DNA of 64,000 nucleotides, taken from positions 62,496,001 to 62,560,000 of the forward strand of contig OZ287751.1 of assembly GCA_965649765.1 (NCBI GenBank), written 5' to 3'. Position numbers and translations under genes: made by a program. The notes under the pieces were generated by a model. That model did not search any database and had not been told where the DNA came from. It saw nothing but the letters and a program-made list of their open reading frames with translations. This DNA is from Bispira polyomma (Eukaryota). Numbering within the stretch: position 1 is the stretch's first letter; each line of letters starts with the position of its first letter. This document shows positions 25,435 to 39,523 of the stretch, piece after piece.

Positions 25435-25679
25435 CAGTAAGGAATCTAAAATTCACCACTGTATCTAATATTCGCCACTGTATTGTAAATTCGCCACCTG
25501 GAAAATGTTGTGTTTTTGGTGAAATTGTGGGTAGTATATGCTGAAATTGTAGGTAATATTTGCTGAAATTAAGATTTTTGCCACCATTTTGCCTAACTGA
25601 CCTAAATTTTTATTGATTTGGCTTAAATTTTAGAGGTGGCAAATTCCAGATACAGTGGTGAATTTTAGATTCCTTACTC
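25435..25679. mobile_element. MITE family 2
   Basis: agtaaggaatctaaaattcaccactgtatct ... agatacagtggtgaattttagattccttactc. Confidence 0.8.
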
Positions 25680-25689
25680 TCTATAAATA

Positions 25690-25866
25690 ATGGAACCTCT
25701 ATTATCCAAACTTCTACTGTCTAAATATTCGATTTTACAAACTCTTCTAATCCCAAGTTTTTCTGCTGTTTTATACAGAGATATGCCTCTTCTATTTTAT
25801 AAACTTTCCTATTATCAGAACAAAATGTACCTCTCTTAAAATGTTTAAATAATAGAGGTTTCACTG
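25690..25866. mobile_element. MITE family 1
   Basis: ggaacctctattatccaaac ... aatagaggtttcactg|TA. Confidence 0.7.
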
Positions 25867-26508
25867 TATATATTATATGATGACCCTTTTAAGTTCTGGA
25901 ATAGATTCCCTATGCGTTTATACTGTGCAGTTTGTGTGGTGGATATAATGATGGATATTGTGAACTTGTGAGATATGTAATTATTTATAGATATGCGTGA
26001 TCACTTAGTACTTCAATCAACAATTATACCAAGCTTTTTGAAAAACTTTACCAATGCACTACTTGTATCAGTATTTTTGTTGCTTATAGGAAAATTTAAA
26101 GTCTTATTCTGTAAAAGAATATTGGTTTTATGTTATTAGATTTATTTATATCAATTTATTGTTATATTTGTATAAATATAAATGTACAGAAATAATACAT
26201 GGAACTGACACATATATTAACTGTGTTTTTGTTTATTTTAAAAAGGTTGAAAATCAGATTAAATATGCATGTTATTATTGTCTATATTTAGAGGTGTAAC
26301 TGTCTAGTGAAGTAGTTTGTCCTATAACCAGTTAATGGTGACCTTGACTTTTAAATAACTTGTGTAGATTAAAAATCAGGAACCAGATATTGGGCATATT
26401 TTATACTAGATATTCAATATAATTGTCTAACCTGGGTTTTAACCTTAAAATTTTGACCTTTACTTTAAAACTCCTGTATGTACTTATATGTCATATTAAA
26501 CTGTTAAT

Positions 26509-26700
26509 GGGGCCGCGGTGGCCTAGTGGTTAGCAAGTATTGCGCTTCACAATCACTGGTCTCTCACCTCTGGGTGGCGTGAGTTCAAATCCCGGCGATG
26601 CCTATGTGGGAAAGGTGGTAGTTCCTTACTGTGGGCCACTGGTCTCAGTGCAGAACCTTGATCAACTGTATGCAGTGTTTCCTCCAGCATTTCCAACTAC
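26509..26700 (+). mobile_element. tRNA-derived SINE, family A, 3'-truncated
   Basis: ggggccgcggtggcctagtggttagc (A box) ... gagttcaaatccc (B box); highly similar to 52820-53076. Confidence 0.85.
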
Positions 26701-27669
26701 ACACAAGAATCTTTAAGCCTGTTGTCAAAGTTTGCATATTATAACTTCTGCTATAAGGCACAATAACTATGATGAAACTTGAACAATTGTAAAACAGCTT
26801 ATAAGATTAGTTTGGCTTTAATACGTTGATTTTCTGTAACAGTTTGATGTTGGAGGAAATCAGAGCAGGGTAGTTGGTCAATATTGATGTTTTGCAAACC
26901 ATAGCCATCAGCATGTCTACTACCATCTTTTTCACTTACACAACCAGTGCCCTAATTCAAACCCCAATTGCAAAGTTGTGAGTTGTGTGATCATCTTACT
27001 ACATTACCATCAAGGCCTCCAACAACTTTTAGGTAGTAGTAATTTGTGTATAGTGAACAGACAATATCCAACAGACACAAAAATACAGCAAAATCCTCAG
27101 TTATCTAAACTTCTATTCTCTGAAAAGATGGCTGCTGTAGCCACCAACGTAAAAACGGTTTCCGTTAATTTAAAGAAAAACTATTGCAGGTATCTTCAAA
27201 AAATTTATTACATGGGGTATAGTTTCCTTGGGATTGATTTTGAGCCTCAACCCTAAAACAAGATGGCTGCCATAGGTGCCGGTGTCAAAACAGTTTCTGC
27301 AGAAAAAGGCTTCAATATATCTTAACATTTACTACATAGGTTCAGCTCGGGTTTAGGGTTGTTTAGGATTGATTTTGTTGCTGCCATTGTCTGAAAAGGG
27401 AAAGGGTGACCATTGACAAATGTTAATGTGTACCATTTTTACCCCAAAAACAAGTCCCAATGCTAAGAGCTTGTGCGGTATTATGTCCAATTTTTGATGG
27501 CCTGCGTCGAGTTGGCACCATTTCTAGTTTAACAATACAGCTGCCAAAGCCATAGTACAGGTTTGTGTGACGCAGAAAAATACAGACATATGAAGTTTGC
27601 AATTAGACATCACATGACAAGATAAATAGCTGTATGATTCATAGCTTGTTTTATCTTTGATATATATAA

Positions 27670-28569
27670 TTGTATCCACCGATGCGGTGGATACTTTGGT
27701 TCAGCGTTCGCTGCGCCGCATCTGCAGCCACAGATTTATCTTTTTCTACTGGCTGGTTTTCATAACTAGAAGGTTGAATCTCTTCATAGGTGATATGTAT
27801 AACATATATATATATGTCCTCTGCAAGCTTGCAGACATTTGACCTTGAAGCTCTTCATTTAAGGTCATCCACGAAGTGCCAAAATACCCCAAGAAGCAGA
27901 CTTTAAAAGTGCCTATATCTCCCTTATTATTGGTCCTAGGGGTTTGGTATGTATAGCCCACCTATAGGAAATCATAGGCTGGGAATCTTCTGATGTGGTC
28001 AGGTTTGACCCTGAGCCCCTCATTCAAGGTCAAACTAGGATAGCCAAACTTAAAAGTGTGTTAACTCACTTATTATCGGTCCTAGAGGTTTGCAATGTGA
28101 AACCAACTTATAGGTAACCATGGGCTGGGAATCTTCTGATGTGGTCAGATTTGACATTGGACCCCCATCAAGGTTAGACGAGGGTAGCTAAAATAAAAAG
28201 TGCTTATAACTTGCATATTATCGGTCCTAGAGGTTTGCAATGTGAAACCAACTTATAGGTAACCATGGGCTGGAAATCTTCTGATGTGGTCAAATTTGTC
28301 TTTGGACCCCTCCATCAAGGTCAGATGAGGGTAGCTAAACTTAAAAGTGCTTATAACTCTCTTATTATTGGTCCTACAGTTTTGAGATGTGAAACCAACC
28401 TATAGGAAATCATGGGCTGGGAGTCTTCTGGTGTGGTCAGATTTGGCCTTGGGCCCCTCCTACAAGGTCAGACGAGGGTAGCCATAGCTCGGGTGCTTCC
28501 TAGCTAGGGTGCTTTGTCTTTCTGGTAGATACAAATATGCATCGGTTTTCCAATGCGCCAGGTCTAATT
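27670..28569 (+). mobile_element. Non-autonomous Helentron-like element (HINE/DINE-1 type) with internal ~146-bp tandem array
   Basis: 5' subTIR ttgtatccacc with adjacent inverted copy ggtggatac; 3' subTIR ggtagatacaa (28524-28534); 3' hairpin gcatcgg..ccaatgc; TT at both ends; repeat anchors at 27932, 28078, 28223 and 28370. Confidence 0.75.
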
Positions 28570-31319
28570 ACATATATGTATTCTTAACAAAATATTTCTG
28601 AAAGCAGCCATAACTACATAAGACTTCTGCTTCTACATCACTTGAAGTATTATTTTTAGCATGAAAACATCCAATCTTCGTAATATTCATTAAATAGTTT
28701 ACCAAAAAATACCTACGTAGGATCAGCAAGGAAATCTGAGCCACGCGATAGAGAAAAAAAATAGCATTTAAAACACTTAAATGTCAGATACTTTATTAAG
28801 GAAGTTCATGTGTTTTTTGACTGTTTAAATCGTATATAATGTTACCCAGCAGGTAAAACACAGGGCAATGAAACCCAAACAAGGGACCTTCACTATAATT
28901 CCATCTTCCCCCAAAAGCATGTACATATTTCTAATACAAATTACAAAGAAATTGTATTCAAGGGCATTTTTTAGTTTGCAATTAATTTATGTTTATCCAA
29001 TTTTATTTTCACCATTTTTCTGCAACAATTTTTAAAGCTTACAAGAGGGTAACCTTCTGTTAATGAAACATGATCTGTTAATGACTCAGTATCATTACAT
29101 TTCTTTACTGACAGCAACACTCTTTCCCTATTGTTATCTCCTTGGCCTCACCTTGTAGAACTGATAGGTTTTAATGCAATATATAAGGTATCCTTTTATT
29201 GAATGAATTAATCAAATTTAGTACTACCTTACAAGATTCTTGAAGAGTACTAGCAATAACATAATTGACACGCATTTGCTGGAAACAAAGCTAATTAATG
29301 GTTATCTTCTGATTAGTGTATTGGCATCTAAATGAATTAATGCTTTGGATAATGGTAAAAGTTCATTACCGAAATGACACTACATTGTACTGCAATGAGC
29401 TAATCATTGATGGGAGCATACAGCTGTAATCGGATTTTAGAATAAATAGGTTTTTCTGTAGAAGTTGCCCTACCAGCACTTGAATGAACACTGACACCTT
29501 TCTTGTGTTTTATGTCAGTAACATCTATTCAAGTTTGATAAAAAAAATATTATGGCAGGACACATTTGAAGTACAGTAATTGTGGCACACAGGATCAGTC
29601 TTAGAACAGTTTCACCACCACCGCTGGCCGCTAAAAAAAATTTATTTATTTACTATTCTTGCACTTAAACTGTAATAGACGCTATCTCTACACCAAAGTA
29701 CTCAGGCACTTATGAGAATATTTTGCTGTTGCAACTTGATATCCTCAATCTCAAAAACACAATGACCTATTGGAAATGAGCTGTAATATACTCACCAAAG
29801 TAATTATTTAATTTTTAATAAAAATATCGGGTTTTTGTCAAATACATTGTTGACTTGACATCGTGTTGGATACTTCGAGTTTTGAATGCTCAACAAAATG
29901 AGTATTTCTAGTGTAACTGTCTGAGTCTTTTTTTAAAACACATATAGGTTGGCCAACATCGTTTAATACAGTACAATTTAGCAAATGTTCCAGCAGAAGT
30001 GTTAGAGGTTTCATTTGTAGCTAAGTGAGTACTGGCTACTTCAGGTATTGCAGACAAACCAAATTCTGAGCATTGCCTTAATGTTAAAAACTGATATGGT
30101 GCAGGTGATTTTTTTTTCAATAAGGTTCTTCGGCTACTTTTTGGTTAGCCACAATATAAGAACCCTGAGTCTGTTATTAAGTGGATACTGCCTACTTTAG
30201 GTAGTTCTTAAGTTTTACTTGAAAACTACAATACCGCCTCTGGACAGTCTCTACAAGTTATATAAGGATGTAGGTACATGGGCTTAACTTATATCCTATG
30301 TATATTAAGATGGATACTCTGAGATGTCTCTAAAAGTTATATAGGTACATGTGCTTAACATGCAGCCTCTTCTTTTAATTATATGGCGACTACCGGATTT
30401 TGTATCCAGCATCTAAAAGTTCCTATTATTAAGCATGTTTTTTTACCGAGTTCAGACAATTTTGTCCATCATTTCCATTATTGCTCACTGTATACGTGTA
30501 TAAAAAGTCTAATAATTCCCAATGGTCTCTAACGATCATTGACGATATTAATAAATGGTAATCTTTTTCTTCAGTTAGAGGAACGATAGTAAACTCATAC
30601 TGGTTGGCTGTTGACAGTCAAATAAAGGTTAATCTAGTGCTAATTATGAGCATAAATTTAAGTACAATACAATGGTCTGAGCTCTAATGATAGGCTATTG
30701 GAGAAATTGGAGGGTCTGGCTTGGGTTGTAGATAAGGCTCTTAACACACAATTGTCTAAAGCTATTTTACTATAGATGGATACCATCTCTTGTTGAGGTT
30801 GCTTAATACCAGTGAGACCAGTAATTAAAACAGGAGACAATGACCACTAGGACAACTGAAGCAGCAGGTAAATAAGTTTATTATACCTCTGCCAATGACG
30901 TCATGGTTTTTCCGATGTCCATGCCCAGGATTGCACAAACTTTGCATAAGATTTAGTTAGGGATAGGGGGTTTTCGTAAAATACAAGGTTTGAGAGGTTA
31001 AAGTACATAGCTGAAAGAGTACTGGGTACTTAATGCATATTTGCATGTGTAAATTAACCAGTAGCTTTCAAACTTTAAGCAATTGGGTGCTTTTGTGAAG
31101 TAAGTGAAGCTAGTTTTTCTTGTGCAACAATATGGCAAACTTTCAAAGGAAAGTGAAAAAGTCTTGCTAAGTGACTACTAAATATTTAATGTTTACTAAA
31201 GTGAGTAATTACCCTGTATCTTACAAATCATTGGTAAATTTTCTTGGTCAGCTACTTTGTGATGCACTACAACATAATTATTTTTAAATATAACCTCCTT
31301 TTGTTCAAAGCTATATAAC

Positions 31320-31540
31320 TCAACCATCTCCTTTGCTTGTCCTCAGTGATTAGGTCAGTAGCCTTCCTAAACGAAACCGCATCTCCATTTCCTCAATTCG
31401 ACCAAATCAGCAGGCGCTGCATTGCTGCTGCGGCTCCTGTTGAATAGAACAAGCATCCACAGACGGTTAGATCACAGGATATAATCACTGGTTCCAGAAG
31501 CCATTTTAAAACTTACATTTTCAGACTGGCCTACCCTGTA
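31320..31540 (+). mobile_element. L2/CR1-type LINE 3' fragment
   Basis: Degenerate GRRC..AAAAP..*N...FKTYIFRLAY type terminus, similar to the end of the 36976 element. Confidence 0.5.
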
Positions 31541-34500
31541 TATTTAAAAAAATTAAACATTATAATATTTTAAAAAATATCCTTGGTCTTTTACCTGGCG
31601 GATGCCTTTCGGTAATGACCTTTAGCTTATCCTTGGACCTTCCCTTTTTGGACATCAGCACCTTCTCATAAATTTGGCGCTTTAAAAATCCTTCAATTAT
31701 GATTTATATTTTAATTATATGGGTGAGTGTGGTCAAGTCATTAATAAAATATCTAACCAATAAATATGCAGAGTCGTCAATGTCTTCTATGGGGATAAAC
31801 ATGCATCTGGTAAGTTCTAATTTTAGAAGTCTTTACATTACACTTTGGAACTCGTGACGAAAAATATATATTCCTTGAGATAAAAGCAAATATACAATTA
31901 AAGAAAGCAATATTTCATACATTTATCATTATTCAAAGAGAAATAGGATATAACCCTGCACAATTACTAAGAGGTGAAGGTCAGCAACAAATCCTCAAAG
32001 TAAATATATCCTACAGAAGTTGATGTAACTTACAATTCACTAATATATTGTTTTAGTTCCAACTTTATCTTATCAACAAGTACATTTTTTAGTCTGTGTT
32101 TCATTCTATTTTCACCAGAAACTGTTAAAAGTTATTAAACTTGTCATATTGTTGTATTTCTCTTACATTTATCCTGTGACTTATGTCTGTAAAGCACATA
32201 TTATATAAGTGGAAAACGTTATGTGCACTAAATAACTTTGAATAAAGTTTATTGAAGAATTTTTAAATGCAAATACAATAAAGTTTAACTTCACATCAAA
32301 CTTTACACAAAAATTATGAACAATAAAAAGAGTAATAATAACAATTAAGACGATATTATGTTTTTGACCAGTTTAGTTTGTGATTGTTTGTCATTATAAT
32401 TATTCATAAGCTACTAAATAAATTTACAGGAAGTTTCCTGGGGGTATGAGGGACTGGAGGAAGCCATTGAATTTTTGAGCGAATGCAAGTTGAAGGGCGG
32501 ATCAAGGATTTGTTTTCCTTTTTTGACACTTTGTTGCAAGTGTGTGCTCTGCCCTTTTAATTCATAACATAGCATTGATAATATAAGGCATTTCATTTGT
32601 TTACAAGCATGTCGTATAAATGACCAATAGATAACCTTCATCCCATTACTGTAAATGGGAAGTATTTTAGTTATTAAGGTAAAAAGAGTGCTCACAACAT
32701 AACCTATTATATTTACTATTGACCTATTTACTATTAAGCTGTTGCTTGTGCTCTTAGATGATTTAATGTGCAGTAATTTATATTTTGTTAAATCTAAATG
32801 AGTTGGGCAGTTGCAATATGGGGTCACACATTTAACATAGTGTATATGTTTGTGTTCATTCTACTGCATCGTTCATTTCAGTCAGAAGCCATCTGGAATA
32901 TTGTGACGTAGTGGGGTATTTACTTGGACAGAAAACCTGGGCCAAATCTGAGTAGAAGCAATAAATAGTGACAAGACTGACCTTTGAAAATGTGATGTTA
33001 ATAAATGGGTATCGTCAGGTATATATAAATATCTTGAATATAAATTTAGATCATTCCAACTAGTAAGAGGGCTTCCATTGGCGTTCCGTATTTATCCATT
33101 ATACACCACTGCATGACTCCTATATTTAAACAAATCACTTCAATTTCAAATAAATCCATCTAAATGACAAAACAACTTGCTCAATTGGTATTCATTTTTG
33201 ACGATGTCCTTGATTTTGATTGGCCCACAGCATATTCTTATAAACACTTAATATGATTCATAATTTTTACTTAAAAGTTTGAAAAAAAATTAAGTTAACT
33301 TTGTTCAAGCCCTATAGTAAAAATAATGTTTTCCTCCTTTGTGACATTTGATCCACAAAAGACATTACTGGACAAATGTGAAACAAATATAGCCACATTA
33401 CAAGTGTAAAAAAGGAATTATAACAGTTTCAGCTGATATTGGTATTAACAAAACCACAGTATAAAAAAATAGCACATTGATAAGCTGAAATTTGATAACA
33501 ACAAAACCTGTCAGTGGATTATTAGTTGTGATACATTTATATTATTCGTCTTTATACTCAGCGCATATAGCTACCTTCATCTGGTATTCAGAGGGCTAAT
33601 TAACCCTTTCACGACTGTAACAGTCAACTGCATCAGTTACTTTCATTACCCTAACTGAAAAGAGATCCTTGAGGATGGTCATTTATCCACCAATGAAACT
33701 AGATGCTGATACCAAAAGTAGAACCCGAAACCATTTTATCATTAGGCCAGTTCCCTAAACACTAGACCATGGGGCACCATGCGAGCATTTATTGCTGACT
33801 TTTATTTCACCGACCTCTGATTGTGTGGGTGATATTCTATTAAATTAAGCTAAATTCTAGCAATAAGTTGTACCTTGTCGTATAGTCACTCTTTTATTAT
33901 GATGTCAGAAGGGCAATTTTTAACAGCAGTGTAAGTAGAGACCTTTTGAATATATGTGTGTATTATATAAGTAATGAAGGACTCAGGCGGTTTTAAACTC
34001 ATTCAATGCTAGTTTATCATGTCTATATCACGTGAGAGGTGCCAGTTATACCTGGCAGCACTAGTTCACCTTTACATGACATTTGCATGTGGGAAGAAAA
34101 GCACAGAGAATAATAGATACATTTTTGAGTAATCAAATATAGATTAGACATGTATATCACATATTGAGCTTACTTGCTTCATTATTTTGACCTTCTGGTT
34201 TTATCATCTGTGTATGTTCAAATTTGTGACCAAAGATTAAATAAGTATTCCCTCTGCAAAAGTGCACCGTATCAATGCAGTGTGTGTCTGTATATGTATT
34301 GTTTTGCAGATAACACTACCATAATGGCTTACAGAAATCTAACTGAAGTTATAAGTAATAAATAGACATAGTTCCTGTGACCACCAAATTTCACTAAAAA
34401 AGCTGAACTACATACAAGTGTAGCTATAAAATGTGAAAGTTATTGGGTGTTTTTTTTTTTTTTTTGTGGGGGCTTTCTTTAAATAGATTATTTCTTCAGC

Positions 34501-36975
34501 TGATTATGGACAGAACAGTAAATAAAGGCTAAATTGATAGTGCAGGTGAACCAGTTGGTAGTTATATGTGGCAAACTAATTGTAAAACAATCTTTACACA
34601 TTTAGCAATCTTATTTACTTAAGCTAACATCTCATTGTTGGTTTTACTGCCAAAACCCAGCAAATGAGATTAGTATCAGATCCTAACCAGTTGTACAGTC
34701 GCGATTTATCTATTGCAAAACTAGAAAGTGAATGTTGGTTTTACACATCACTTTCAACATCTTTGGTCATTGGTGTGGCGGTCAGATTTGTTGGTCTAGA
34801 AAAAGAGTACTGGAAATCACCAACCTGCAAACAAGTACCTGGCCATCTTTCCCACAAGAAAGAAGCTTTGTGATTCCACCCTACTGTCTTGAGAGGATGG
34901 TGACATTAAATCATCAGATGCTTATAACTACTAGGCCACTGCAACACCATACAAAACTGGAATGTAGACATGTAGACTAGACAGTTACATTCTTCTTTCC
35001 ATTAATGCGAAACATGTGTTTTTTTCAATTATTGGTATCACACTCTTAGTATGTATACTTGGACATTTATTGTTGATTCCTCACAAACAGGCAATTTAAA
35101 CCCTAATAATTACTTTTTAATATACAGCTATTTGACAAAGATTGGTATTGCAGCCTATGTAAGACATTCAGAGATTGCACATGGCACACCCTCAGTTGTA
35201 TGATCAAGATCCAATGTTTTTTTTTCTTCTCCATTTATCATGTTAGGAAAAAAACACCTGTTTAAACCTAGGCAATAATGAGCCTTTTAAAATAAATGGG
35301 TATGACCTTTTTTTATAAACATGTTAGCTTCTTCGTAAATGGTGGGGAAACTAATTTTTATTGCTTTCCCCTAAAAAAAGAAAATAACAAAATGCAGATT
35401 TGTTTCTGTGTCTGTGTGTGATTAAATTAGTTATATAATCGCAGAGACATGTTCAATAGACTTGTCTCAGATCTCAAGGGAATTCTCTGATCCATTCACA
35501 TTTTGCAGACGGAATCATGCCATAGACTCCTATCTGTTTAAGTCCAGACACCGGCCTTGTTTTTATCCAGAACACAGATCAGAGATGACCTGACCATAAC
35601 TTCCAACACGGACCATTCAATCCATCCCCAAAATAGTTCTGTTACTTGCATTCATTCGTAAGTCTACATAAAGTCTTTACTCAAAACAGATATATATATA
35701 TTACTATTACAATACACATATATAGTTTGTTTTAAATATGTATTTTATATATATTATATCGTGTAATCATTTCTACATAAATGACTCTTTAGTAGTGTAT
35801 GTCTGTGCATACAGCATAACCTGAGATGCCAAAAAGGTTGGTTTTGCTGCTATATTAAAGGTTTATGTCACTTAAGCTGAATATCTCGTGACAAACTCTA
35901 CCATTATGCTGAGCTTTTTTCTGCCATTGACGTAATCTGGGTTTCTGGGGCCTATTTGATACATGGGAAGTAGTAAGGTCTTATAATATTGCTTACAGTA
36001 GGTTTTGTCTCAATACACTTTGCTGTTTTATTTCATTACTGATTTCTTAGATGACTGCATCCTCCTTTACACCTGAACTCAGAAATTAGTTGTTGCAATT
36101 ATTTTACTTCAGACATAGACAACTAGCAACATGTTTTGTGAAAAGCTCATTTCAAAGTGCTAATCACATAATAAGCAAAAAAAAGTTTGGTTATTTTTAT
36201 TTACCTAATGATATTTTTGAGCTGAAATAGACTCTACATAGATCCTAATCAGAATGAGAGGTTGCCAACAGTTACAGTCGTTGAACAAAGCCCTAAAACA
36301 CTGACTTGTTCAGTTTTTTGCTATTGCTTTTCTCTCCCCTACGGAAGGTTCCTATCAAAGCTTTCCTTTATATACTGAAAAGGCTGCAAACTTCAGTATC
36401 AATTATTTTATAATGGGATCATACAAAATATATCATTTATTTTGTTCCTACATTCTAGAATATAGGAACTTTAGAATAATATCAAAAATACAAATTATGA
36501 TTTTTTCTTCGTCTATTATTTTATAAGAGATTATGCAGTTTACAGATTAAATTAATTACACTCTGTGTTAACCATGCAAATTAGTTAAACTCAAAGGTTT
36601 GGTATTTTCAGTAAACTATCACAATTCACATTAACTATCATTTATTATATTAAATACAAGTATGATTAATAAAAGGGTTTTAGGAATCTTGGCCATGGCA
36701 TATATGTGGGAGAGTGGGCAGTAGACTAACTGAAAACCGGTGGTTTGTAAAGCAAGAAAATCCCAGACAAACTACCTTGCTCTGATCTCATCCACCAGTG
36801 AAACTGTTCATAGTGATAAGACACAAGACATGTTGAAAGCAACGTTTAACCCAAAATACATAGATATAAGGGGTGCCAGGATCATAGTCCGGCAACGGTA
36901 TCTTGCAATGGTTTGTTTTCTATTTGTTAGACAAGGTACCAGTCTATTAAAATTGGCGATATTCTATCTCACTTA

Positions 36976-37960
36976 GAAATGCTTAAATTTGGTGTGCTGC
37001 AAGGGACTGTGCTTGGACCACTCCTATTTTCATTATACACTACACCCCTTAGCCAAATTATTTCCTCCTATTCTTCTCTGAAGTATCACTTCTATGCCTA
37101 TGATACACAGATCTACGCGCACCTTACTCCAAGCACATCAATCGGTGCCCTGGAAGTCCTTCAGAAATGTTTAGCAGGTGTTCAAAATTGTATGGCGCTT
37201 AATAAGCTCAAACTGAATCCGGATAAAACCAAATTCAAATTTTTTGGCTTGCGCACTCAACATGCTGAACTGTCAAATTATTTTCCAGTAAACATTCTGA
37301 AGACACTGTTATCCCCAACTGGTAAAGCGAGGAGCTTGGGAGTTTTGTTTGATATTGATCTTTTCCTTTTCCAGTCATATCTAATCAGTGTGTAAGTCAT
37401 GCTTCATGGGTCTTAGAGACTTTAGGAGAATCAGGAGGTACTTTCTAAAAGCGGTTGAAATAACTGCAGCAATGGTAGGCAGCAAACTGGATTAGTGCAA
37501 TTCATTATTTTGCAGTTTGACTAAAAAGGATCTAAACAAATTACAATGCATCCAGATCCAGAATTCATCGGCACATCTGGTCAGTTGTTCTGCTCAGCTT
37601 TCACATGCCTTATCGATTCTAAAGTCACTCCACTGGTTCGTAGTAGGTATTGGTGTGCTTTTAAAACTGCCACAATAGTATATTGTGTCAATCAAGTTTC
37701 TTGATTCGGGTTTGTCTAAATACTTAAAACCACACTTGTGTTACTATATAAATACCAGGCGAGCTGCTCCCAAAAATAGATTACTTCTTGTTCCACAATA
37801 TAAGTCCAAAGTACACAGGTCAAAGGTTCACTTTGATAAAAGTTTTGCAAATTGAATAGTTATTGAATGGTTTACCTCAACACATTAGGATAGTTCCGTC
37901 CCTGTATTTCTTCCGGTGCAGTTTAAAGACCTATCTGTTCAATGATGCATTCCGAATATA
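36976..37960 (+). mobile_element. L2/CR1-clade LINE, 5'-truncated RT pseudogene
   Basis: [27 protein letters not shown] (decayed YADD), [15 protein letters not shown]; frameshifted continuation ending in LKTYLF. Confidence 0.88.
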
Positions 37961-38935
37961 GTCTCTTTCCTGTTCTTGGTGGACGTATTGATGACGCCTT
38001 CCTTCTGTCAATCAACAATGATTTTCGGTTCTGGGTGTGGTTTTTTGCAATAAGGTCAAAAAGTCTGGTGTGCACAGCTAATTTGCATGTTTATAAACTT
38101 ATGTGACAGAGTGAACCTCTAAAATTCTGATGGGAGGAGCCTTTTCATATTTTTTTCTGGAGACTCACTTTTGGTACATGAATTTAAGGATAGATTCAAA
38201 GCGTAATTGTAATAGACATATAATACAAGGTCATGTTTGAACAATTCATTTTATGTTGTTTTGTGTTTTTGTACTTATTATTTTTTTTCCTTTCACAGAA
38301 ATAAGAACCAACTGATGCTAAACATCAGGTAATTAACGTGACACAGTGACTCCAACCTAAATGGTTTTATCTGTTAGCTATTCTGACTACAAAGGAACAA
38401 GGCTCAGGCTGTTTCTGTTATTATCCTATAAATCTTTCCATGGGTTTTTTAATATCTACAGCAGGAAGCTTGCTTAATACGTTTTATCTAGAAGTACAAG
38501 CCATTCCTAAGTCATATATATATTAATAACACATCTGTCTTACAATAATTTTTGCTATAATCTGTGTATTTGCTCTAAATCTTTGAGAGGGTTATGTAAA
38601 ACTTATATATATATGAAAGGATGCTGTTCTTGTAATGTGAATTATCCCAGTATACAAGTACTAGTCAGTTTACTCTGAGCACAAGACACACACCACTACA
38701 CACAGGAAGTTTATCTTTCGATAATAAAAATGTCTCAAGATTTTTTTTAATGTAAGGAGGTAACATGTAGTATTTAGTAGAGACGTTAGTACAATAAACC
38801 ACTGCTAACTTCAAAGTACTTTCCTCTAGAAACCATCAGAGAAGGAGAAACACAAACGGTTGTGTGTGGGTTATAAAAAGTCAGGGTTTTATGAATAGGT
38901 TAAAGTGCAAGTTTCTGTTCTGTCTCTTTACTTAA

Positions 38936-39523
38936 TGTGGCAGTCACACTGTTCACGTTCTCGGGGCTGTTTAATCTTGATGTGAAGGACTTGTGTGAAC
39001 TGGCGTAAACGTCCAACATCTTGGCATAAACTGGGCATAAACTGGTGAGATCAGCAAGAAGAGGAGGGGAAGCCCGCAATTTAGAACATATTCAAAACTA
39101 CTGTGGTGGTCGGCTCTTAAAGCACATCTTGAGAAACCTGGAGAAAATGGGGTGTGGTCGGAGCATAAATAAGGCATAAGCAGGACTTAAAGTGCTCAGA
39201 ACTTGTATAAACGGGACTTAAACTGCTCAGAACTTGTGTGATCTGACAAGAACTGGAGTTATTTGCTGTAATCTGGAGCAAACATTACAAGAACGTGTGA
39301 TGAACTGCTTAGATATGGTCTGGGCATAAATTTGTCATAAACTGGTGAGATCTGGTCAAAACTGGGGTTATTCTGGGCATAAATGGGGCATAAACGGGAA
39401 ATGCAAATATAAGCAAACGTGAATGAACATTTTACCCCCATTCTCTCCCGACCAGCCAAGTTCTAATGGTCCAGAGTAAACTGGTATAAACGTGGCGAAA
39501 ACTTGCACAGTGTGACTGCCACA
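38936..39523. mobile_element. PIF/Harbinger-type non-autonomous DNA transposon
   Basis: TAA|tgtggcagtcacactgt ... acagtgtgactgccaca|TAA: perfect 17-bp TIR and TAA TSD. Confidence 0.85.

Noticed and set aside
26509-26595. tRNA genes at SINE heads (also 52820, 48125, 59324)
   Set aside because: A/B boxes run into a shared SINE body and tail, some with TSDs; no complete cloverleaf.
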